Source: an uncultured archaeon (GTDB lineage: Archaea; Aenigmatarchaeota; Aenigmatarchaeia; QMZS01). From it: a DNA stretch of 12,295 bases. The stretch is from the NCBI GenBank assembly GCA_964544525.1, contig CAZJBU010000008.1:1-12295 (forward strand). Reading direction: 5' to 3'. Within the stretch, counting starts at the first letter, position 1. Each line of letters starts with the position of its first letter. This document shows positions 6,797 through 12,295 of this stretch, one piece after another. A program made the position numbers and the translations under genes. The notes beneath the pieces were generated by a model. The model saw nothing but the letters and a program-made list of their open reading frames with translations, had not been told where the DNA came from and did no database searches.

Positions 6797-6886
6797 TTAT
6801 TTCTTCTTGTGCCTCATCTTTTTTCTTCTCTTTTTTAGTTTATGCTTCTTAATCTTTGCCCTCTTCCTTTTTCTACCGCATGGCAT
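6797..6886 (-). CDS. 29-codon ORF encoding an extremely basic peptide; candidate ribosomal protein eL41-like
   Basis: The minus strand reads ATG CCA TGC GGT AGA AAA AGG AAG AGG GCA AAG ATT AAG AAG CAT AAA CTA AAA AAG AGA AGA AAA AAG ATG AGG CAC AAG AAG AAA TAA, which is MPCGRKRKRAKIKKHKLKKRRKKMRHKKK. The C-terminal LKKRRKKMRHKKK aligns with eukaryotic eL41 LKRKRRKMRQRSK. This explains the roughly 80-nt polypyrimidine tract on the plus strand. A TATA-like run (6898-6917) lies upstream on the minus strand. The ORF is below the length cutoff of the ORF track. Confidence 0.35.
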   Translation of the reverse strand: MPCGRKRKRAKIKKHKLKKRRKKMRHKKK

Positions 6887-6897
6887 AATAAGAATGT

Positions 6898-6917
6898 ATT
6901 TTTATTTTTAAAAATTC
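6898..6917. promoter_or_regulatory. AT-rich TATA-like element (tatttttatttttaaaaatt) in the 41-nt divergent spacer; candidate shared promoter region for rfcS (+) and the eL41-like micro-ORF (-)
   Basis: Centred about 20 nt upstream of the rfcS ATG and about 20 nt upstream of the minus-strand micro-ORF ATG. Confidence 0.3.
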
Positions 6918-6927
6918 TAAATAGATT

Positions 6928-7884
6928 ATGCTTGATATTTGGACAGAGAAGTATAGACCTCAAAAACTTGATGAAATTGTTGGGCAAGATGCTGTGGTTA
7001 AAAGATTAAAAAGTTTTGTTAAAAGTAAACATTTGCCTCACTTACTATTTGCTGGAAAACAAGGTATTGGAAAAACAACGGCTGCCTTATGCTTAGCAAA
7101 TGAGCTTTTTGGAAAAGAAAGGAGAAGTAATTTTTTAGAGTTGAACGCGTCGGATGAACGCGGGATAGATACTATCAGGATAAAAATAAAAGATTTTGCT
7201 AGAACTAGGCCAATTGGCAAAGTACCTTTTAAGATAATTTACTTAGATGAAGCAGACGCTTTAACCAGAGATGCCCAACAAGCCTTAAGGAGAACAATGG
7301 AGATGTACTCAGAGATATGTAAATTTATTTTAGCATGTAACTATTCTTCTAAATTGATCGAACCTATTCAGTCAAGATGTGTTGTTTTCAGATTTAAACC
7401 TATATCTAAAGAAGATACTATTAAATTTTTGGATATGATATGCCAAAAAGAACACTTAAAGTATGATAAGGAAGCTATGGAAGAGATAGCAAAAGAATCT
7501 ATGGGTGACTTGAGGAAAGCTATTAATATATTGCAAGCATGCGCATCTATAGATAAACATATAACACTAAAAACCGTTTTAGAGGTTACAGGGAAGGCAA
7601 AAATAGAAGATGTAGAAGAAATGCTTAAATTAGCTTTACAAGGTAACTTTGCAAAAGCGAGAGAAAAGCTTTTATTTATAATGCTAGACCAAGGTATAGA
7701 TGCAGATGAAATAATAAAGCAAATTTATAACAGAATTTTTGAGTTTGAAAATTTAAGTGACAAAGAAAAGGCAGAGATTATGCAGCTTTTGGGAGAGTAT
7801 GAATTTAGGCTAACAGAGGGAAGCAATCCTTTAGTCCAATTAGAAGCTTTTTTAGCCCAACTTTGTTTAAGAAAAGAGAAGTAA
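6928..7884 (+). CDS. rfcS: Replication factor C small subunit (clamp loader, AAA+)
   Basis: N-terminal WTEKYRP box, P-loop GKQGIGKTT, Walker B YLDEADAL and the SRC motif (SRCVVFRF). The C-terminal helical domain is typical of RFC small subunits. Length is 318 aa. Confidence 0.9.
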   Translation: MLDIWTEKYRPQKLDEIVGQDAVVKRLKSFVKSKHLPHLLFAGKQGIGKTTAALCLANELFGKERRSNFLELNASDERGIDTIRIKIKDFARTRPIGKVPFKIIYLDEADALTRDAQQALRRTMEMYSEICKFILACNYSSKLIEPIQSRCVVFRFKPISKEDTIKFLDMICQKEHLKYDKEAMEEIAKESMGDLRKAINILQACASIDKHITLKTVLEVTGKAKIEDVEEMLKLALQGNFAKAREKLLFIMLDQGIDADEIIKQIYNRIFEFENLSDKEKAEIMQLLGEYEFRLTEGSNPLVQLEAFLAQLCLRKEK

Positions 7885-7912
7885 TTTATTTTTTTTCTGT
7901 TATTTTATCCTT

Positions 7913-8656
7913 ATGCTGTTATATTTACTGATAATAGGTATAATAGTATTTTTACTTTCAGGAATAAGAATAGTTAATCAATACGAAAGGGGAGTAAAGT
8001 TTAGATTAGGGAAGTTTGTAGGAATCTTAGAGCCTGGATTAAGATGGATAATTCCAATAATAGAATGGATCCAAAAAGTTGATTTAAGAGTATTGGCAGT
8101 TGATATTCCTTCTCAGGAAGTAATGACAAAGGATAATGTTCCAGTTAGGGTAAATGGTGTAGTCTTTTTTAGAGTTTCAGAAGCAGACAAGGCTGTTTTA
8201 GAAGTTGAGAATTATAAGTTTGCAGTTGCTCAGCTTTCTCAAGCAGCATTAAGAGATATTATAGGAAAAAACGATTTAGATGTAGTTCTTGCAAAAAGAG
8301 AGGAATTAGGAAAAGAAATAAAAGATTATGTCGATAAGGAGACAGATCCTTGGGGAATAAAAATTACTGATGTAAAGATAAAAGATATTGAATTGCCAGA
8401 GAACATGAAAAGAGCAATGGCATCTCAGGCAGAGGCTGAGAGAGATAGAAGAGCAAGAATTATTTTGGCAGAGGCTGAATTACAAGCAGCTGAAAAGTTG
8501 AAAGAGGCCGCAAGCATTATATCAGAAACTCCACAAGCTTTGCAATTAAGAATGCTTCAAACTTTACAAGAAGTTTCTGTAGAGAAAAATAGCACTATAA
8601 TCTTTCCTATACCTATTGAGATATTAGAATGGTTAAAAACAAAAAGAAAAGGATAA
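7913..8656 (+). CDS. SPFH/band-7 family membrane protein (stomatin/prohibitin-like)
   Basis: N-terminal transmembrane helix, then the SPFH core (RIVNQYERGVKFRLGKF...VDLRV...TKDNVPVRVNGVVFFRV) and a C-terminal Ala/Glu-rich coiled coil (AEAERDRRARIILAEAELQAAEKL). Confidence 0.85.
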   Translation: MLLYLLIIGIIVFLLSGIRIVNQYERGVKFRLGKFVGILEPGLRWIIPIIEWIQKVDLRVLAVDIPSQEVMTKDNVPVRVNGVVFFRVSEADKAVLEVENYKFAVAQLSQAALRDIIGKNDLDVVLAKREELGKEIKDYVDKETDPWGIKITDVKIKDIELPENMKRAMASQAEAERDRRARIILAEAELQAAEKLKEAASIISETPQALQLRMLQTLQEVSVEKNSTIIFPIPIEILEWLKTKRKG

Positions 8657-8660
8657 AATT

Positions 8661-9290
8661 ATGAATATGGACAAAGTAAAGATAGAAAAAGAAACCATAA
8701 GAATAACATTAGAAGAAGAAAATCCTTTGAGAGCAATAAATGATATGATGAATAGTTTCTGGAACTATTTTGATTCCTTACCAGAAGAACTTAAGGTAGA
8801 AAGTGATGAGATTATAGTTCCTTATAGAGATTCTTTAGAATTTTTCTTAAGGTTGGAAAATCATGAATGGTATTTCTTTCCTGTGATAAAAAAATCGAGA
8901 AATGAAAAGCTATTTTGTTATAAAGGGGCAAACTATAGGTATAGAGGAGAAACTATAGACAAAGATATAGAATGGAAAAAAATAGGCAATGATTTAGTAG
9001 AAAAGTATCTTATAAGATATTATTTTGGAAGTTCTATAACTCCTGAAAACATGAAAGAACTTATTTTTGACTTCTTTAGAAGTTTTGATAGAGTATTAAT
9101 AGGAGCTGTAGGCAAAAAGGAAGAAGGAGATTGGGAATACCTTTTTTATCCATTTCCTCTTCTCCTTTTTGAAAATGGAAAATGTTATAAAGTAATGACA
9201 GACAGAGTATTAATGAGTAATGTTGATATATTTTCCCTTTTAGCTAGGGATTATTTAGATATAAAAATTGGTTTAGCTGTTGATGAATGA
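8661..9290 (+). CDS. Hypothetical soluble protein, transcriptionally linked to the SPFH gene
   Basis: 209-aa ORF starting 4 nt after the SPFH stop. No recognisable motifs. Aromatic-rich (W/Y/F). Confidence 0.55.
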   Translation: MNMDKVKIEKETIRITLEEENPLRAINDMMNSFWNYFDSLPEELKVESDEIIVPYRDSLEFFLRLENHEWYFFPVIKKSRNEKLFCYKGANYRYRGETIDKDIEWKKIGNDLVEKYLIRYYFGSSITPENMKELIFDFFRSFDRVLIGAVGKKEEGDWEYLFYPFPLLLFENGKCYKVMTDRVLMSNVDIFSLLARDYLDIKIGLAVDE

Positions 9291-9315
9291 AAAAAATTTT
9301 AGGAGTGTCGCATAA

Positions 9316-9807
9316 TTATAATATAATTTTTTCAATCTTCCATTCTTCACCTTCAATTCTAACAAGAATTGCTGTTTTTCCATAAGATTCCAAATTGCCG
9401 GAAAGTGCTGAAGTGGCTGAGCCGGGATTCAAAAACAAAATATCTTTCTCTTTCCAAACCTCTGGTTTATGGGTATGACCAGAAATTAAAACATCTAACT
9501 TTCTTTCCATAGCGAAATTAAGCATCTTTTCTTTATTCCCCCTTCCAAAAATATCTCCGTGGATTAAACCTACTCTCTTTCCAGAAAGATAAAATTCTGC
9601 ATAGCTCGGCAGATCCAAAAAGTCGCAATTTCCTTTAACTGCTATAAAAACATTTGCCAAATTTTTCAATTCTTTAAAAGTCTCTTTACTTGTAAAATCA
9701 CCTGTGCATAAGATTAATTCAGACTCTTTGGCGAGTTCTTTAAGCTTTTCTGGTATGTTTTTGGCCCTTTCCGGAATATGAAAATCACCAGCAATAAGAA
9801 TCTTCAT
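9316..9807 (-). CDS. Metallophosphoesterase, MJ0936/YfcE family
   Basis: Ordered calcineurin-like motifs: GDFH (N-terminus), GD (CTGDF), GNCD, GH (LIHGD) and GHTH. The 163 aa size matches the small MJ0936-type phosphodiesterases. Confidence 0.8.
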   Translation of the reverse strand: MKILIAGDFHIPERAKNIPEKLKELAKESELILCTGDFTSKETFKELKNLANVFIAVKGNCDFLDLPSYAEFYLSGKRVGLIHGDIFGRGNKEKMLNFAMERKLDVLISGHTHKPEVWKEKDILFLNPGSATSALSGNLESYGKTAILVRIEGEEWKIEKIIL

Positions 9808-9848
9808 AAAATTAGAAATACAGATAAAGTTTTAAGAAGGTTAAGATT

Positions 9849-10898
9849 ATGCATCCTTTCGAGAGATTACTGTCTATATTAGAAAAAGAAAATAAGAGCC
9901 TTCCTGCCATAGAGACAATATCTTCTTCTTTAAAGAAACCTTTTTATGTTCTAGTTTCAGGAATATTGAGCACAAGAACAAGGGATGAAGTAACAGAACA
10001 AGTTTGCGAAAAACTGTTCGGAAGAATTAAAAACCTTGAAGACCTTTCAAAAATAGCTGAAGAAGAGCTTAGGGATTTAATATATCCTGTTGGCTTTTAC
10101 AAAACAAAGGCAAAAACCTTGAAAAAACTTGCAAAGGTGCTAATAGAAAATTATGGAGGAAAAATTCCGGCCAAAATGGAAGAACTTTTAAAATTGCCCG
10201 GAGTTGGAAGAAAGGTTGCAAATCTTGTCCTAACCTTAGGCTTCGGAAAAAAAGGCTTAGCAGTTGATACTCATGTGCATAGAATAGCCAATCGTTGGGA
10301 TTATGTTGATACAGAAACGCCGGAACAAACAGAAAAGCAGTTAAAGAAAAAGTTGCCAAAGAGATATTGGCAAGAGATCAATAACCTTCTTGTTGTGTTT
10401 GGCAGAGAAATTTGCAATGTTAAACCAAGATGTGGAATTTGTCCTAAAAGGGTTAGGCAAATATGTCCTTACTTTGAAAAGTTAGAGAGCATAGCCAAGA
10501 TTTTGAATAAATACAAATTTGAAAAAGTTGGGAAAAGCAAAATACCTAAGGGAAAGGGTACATATATTTTGAAAATAAGGCTGAGGAATGGAAGGAAAAT
10601 AACCTATGGAAGGGAAAGCATGTTTTTTAAAAAAGGGTTTTACTTCTATGTTGGCTCAGCTTTTGGAAATAATGTAAATCTCAAATATAGAATTCTTCGC
10701 CATCTCTCAAAAGAAAAAAGTAAGCATTGGCATATAGATTATTTGCTTGATTTTGGAAAAATAGACGAAATTTTTATTTCTATGGAGAAGGTTGAGTGTA
10801 AAGTAGCTAAGGATTTATCCAAAAAATTAGATCCTATTCCGAAATTCGGCTCAAGCGATTGTTCCTGCTTTTCTCATCTCTTTTTTCTTAAGCCATAG
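9849..10898 (+). CDS. nth: Endonuclease III (HhH-GPD, 4Fe-4S) fused to a C-terminal GIY-YIG-like (DUF123-like) nuclease domain
   Basis: The N-terminal 210 aa carry HhH-GPD motifs ([25 protein letters not shown]) and the iron-sulfur loop C-x6-C-x2-C-x5-C ([18 protein letters not shown]). The C-terminal 130 aa carry [20 protein letters not shown] and HWHIDYL, resembling GIY/YIG/Arg elements and the DUF123 signature. Confidence 0.8.
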   Translation: MHPFERLLSILEKENKSLPAIETISSSLKKPFYVLVSGILSTRTRDEVTEQVCEKLFGRIKNLEDLSKIAEEELRDLIYPVGFYKTKAKTLKKLAKVLIENYGGKIPAKMEELLKLPGVGRKVANLVLTLGFGKKGLAVDTHVHRIANRWDYVDTETPEQTEKQLKKKLPKRYWQEINNLLVVFGREICNVKPRCGICPKRVRQICPYFEKLESIAKILNKYKFEKVGKSKIPKGKGTYILKIRLRNGRKITYGRESMFFKKGFYFYVGSAFGNNVNLKYRILRHLSKEKSKHWHIDYLLDFGKIDEIFISMEKVECKVAKDLSKKLDPIPKFGSSDCSCFSHLFFLKP

Positions 10899-12295
10899 AT
10901 AGACAACAATTACAAATAAAACAGCAAAAGAGATCGCTGCTAAAATTATATATTTTTCCTTGAATACTTCTTTTTCTTCTGGTTCTTCTAGAGGTAATTC
11001 TTCTGAGACATTATAGTCACAACCTTGCTTTGTAATATTGCACCTATATTCACATTTTTCTATATCGATCCAGCTTCCATTTATACATTTTTGCAGTATG
11101 TTATCGGAGCATCGATAATCACCTTCTTTACAAGACTCTTTTAACTTCTCAGCAAAAACAGATAAGGAAAATTTACTAGTTATATTCTCTGCTTCTTTCT
11201 CGCCTTTCGAACCTTTAGTTAAGAATTCTATTTCTATACTCTGGTTTGGTTCTAGCATAGGATAAACTATTAAGTAGGATGGATCTTTTTCTATTACTTT
11301 TATTAAGGAGGAGCCATTAGCAATTACAATTATATTTTCACTTGAGTTTGCAAACTCTTTAGGCACTTTGATATAAAACGAAATATTTTCTATAGTATCT
11401 TTACCTGAATATTCAAACTTCACAATAAGCGCAGAGGTATTATTACCACTTTTTAGATATATTTCTGATTTTGAATATTTAGATATATTCTTTGACAAAT
11501 TTAGAATCTTCTTTTTTTTATTATTGATGCCTAGATATTCTAATAATTTTTCATCTACCTTCTCTGAAAGCAAGATTTCTTTTGTAATGTTGATTATCTT
11601 GTTTACTTCTTGCTTGCTGGTTTTAGTTTGAAGAAAGCTGATACTTCTTCCTCCACCACTTTGCCTTTTCTTAACGATATAAGTCAATTCTCTTATTGCT
11701 ATATTCCCAGCCAAATCTTTAGCAATACATTTAGCAATTTTGCTCCCCTCTGAGGAAGTATCTAAACCAATTATTTCTATTGTAACATTTCCAAAGTTAT
11801 CTGTAGCAGAGCAATAACCTTCTATATCTCCTCCAACATAAACTTCATAAGAAGATAAAGAAAAGGATGTTATATTTGGAGGGGTTAAATCTATCACAAA
11901 GCTTTGTTTTAATGTTCTGTTGTTTAGAGCATAATCTATAGCAAGCATAGATAAGTTATAATAGCCTTCGGATAGATTTGAGAATGTAAATTCTCCTCTA
12001 TTATTTTCAAAAGTTTTCGTTATATTTTTTCCTTCTATTGATAAGTAAACATACTTTAGATGGTTATCTTCAGCACTATAATTACCAACAACCATAGAGG
12101 AATTTATGTAATAAGTGTCATTGTACAGCAACCCATTTGAAATCTTAAGAGTTAGATTTCTAGGCTTTTTTATATCCAATTCATAATTACTAAATTTTGT
12201 TACCTTAAACTTTAAGATTTTCGATGTATTGTTCCATTCCTCAAAGAAGGTAAAGTTTGTCAGGTTATTACAATTATTATCAAATATCTTTGTTT
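10851..12295 (-). CDS. N-terminally truncated (start lies beyond the window edge) heavily N-glycosylatable surface protein with Ig-like domain, Cys-rich stalk and C-terminal transmembrane anchor
   Basis: The frame is open from the stop at 10851 up to the window edge. The TTG at 12177-12179 reported by the ORF track is not a real boundary; the upstream in-frame sequence [14 protein letters not shown]... continues without stops. There are about 20 or more N-x-S/T sequons, a six-Cys stalk ([31 protein letters not shown]), a C-terminal hydrophobic helix ([20 protein letters not shown]) and a basic tail. Confidence 0.7.
   Translation of the reverse strand, partial: TKIFDNNCNNLTNFTFFEEWNNTSKILKFKVTKFSNYELDIKKPRNLTLKISNGLLYNDTYYINSSMVVGNYSAEDNHLKYVYLSIEGKNITKTFENNRGEFTFSNLSEGYYNLSMLAIDYALNNRTLKQSFVIDLTPPNITSFSLSSYEVYVGGDIEGYCSATDNFGNVTIEIIGLDTSSEGSKIAKCIAKDLAGNIAIRELTYIVKKRQSGGGRSISFLQTKTSKQEVNKIINITKEILLSEKVDEKLLEYLGINNKKKKILNLSKNISKYSKSEIYLKSGNNTSALIVKFEYSGKDTIENISFYIKVPKEFANSSENIIVIANGSSLIKVIEKDPSYLIVYPMLEPNQSIEIEFLTKGSKGEKEAENITSKFSLSVFAEKLKESCKEGDYRCSDNILQKCINGSWIDIEKCEYRCNITKQGCDYNVSEELPLEEPEEKEVFKEKYIILAAISFAVLFVIVVYLWLKKKEMRKAGTIA

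Noticed and set aside
7038-7220. 60-aa minus-strand ORF inside rfcS
   Set aside because: Antisense to the RFC P-loop region.
10069-10359. 96-aa minus-strand ORF inside nth
   Set aside because: Antisense to the HhH-GPD motifs.
12177-12179. TTG 'start' of the 442-aa surface protein given by the ORF track
   Set aside because: The minus-strand frame upstream of it stays open to the window edge (no stop between 12180 and 12295). The gene is 5'-truncated by the window and does not start at 12179.
1-12295. CRISPR arrays, transposases or integrases, rRNA genes
   Set aside because: No regularly spaced direct repeats, no recognisable transposase, integrase or Cas motifs in any frame, and no rRNA-like GC-rich stretches apart from the single tRNA-like island.

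Overview
This window looks archaeal. It is about 30% GC and gene-dense, with protein-coding genes on both strands separated by short AT-rich spacers that hold TATA-like boxes. A single GC-rich island (about 58% GC) interrupts the AT-rich background.

Genes I can support from the sequence, in order:
- 1..259 (+): the C-terminal end of a surface protein that starts before the window.
- 302..997 (+): proteasome alpha subunit (psmA).
- 1001..2431 (-): a FlaI/GspE/VirB11-type secretion ATPase.
- 2472..3176 (+): ribosomal protein uL2 (rpl2), standing alone outside any ribosomal operon.
- 3178..3753 (-): a small hypothetical hydrolase-like protein.
- 3789..3962 (-): a GC-rich tRNA-like gene that appears to carry two large insertions.
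- 4023..4226 (-): a small two-helix membrane protein.
- 4255..5019 (+): an XRE-type HTH protein whose stop overlaps the start of the next gene.
- 5016..5855 (+): a Dph2-like diphthamide synthase.
- 5885..6196 (-): a stand-alone ATP-cone protein.
- 6226..6795 (+): two tandem, paralogous, very hydrophobic small membrane proteins.
- 6797..6886 (-): an unlisted 29-codon, extremely basic ORF that resembles ribosomal protein eL41.
- 6928..7884 (+): replication factor C small subunit.
- 7913..8656 (+): an SPFH/stomatin protein, followed at 8661..9290 by a tightly linked hypothetical protein.
- 9316..9807 (-): an MJ0936-type metallophosphoesterase.
- 9849..10898 (+): endonuclease III fused to a C-terminal GIY-YIG-like (DUF123-like) domain.
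- 10851..12295 (-): a heavily N-glycosylatable, C-terminally anchored surface protein that runs off the window and shares a domain with the ORF at 1..259.

The scattered ribosomal protein gene, the compact layout and the GC-rich RNA in an AT-rich genome suggest a reduced hyperthermophile, possibly DPANN/Nanoarchaeota-like. This is inference only.

I did not find a clear, self-contained novel multi-gene system. The most unusual items are the multi-insertion tRNA, the endonuclease III/GIY-YIG fusion and the eL41-like micro-ORF. There is no CRISPR array and no obvious transposase or integrase.
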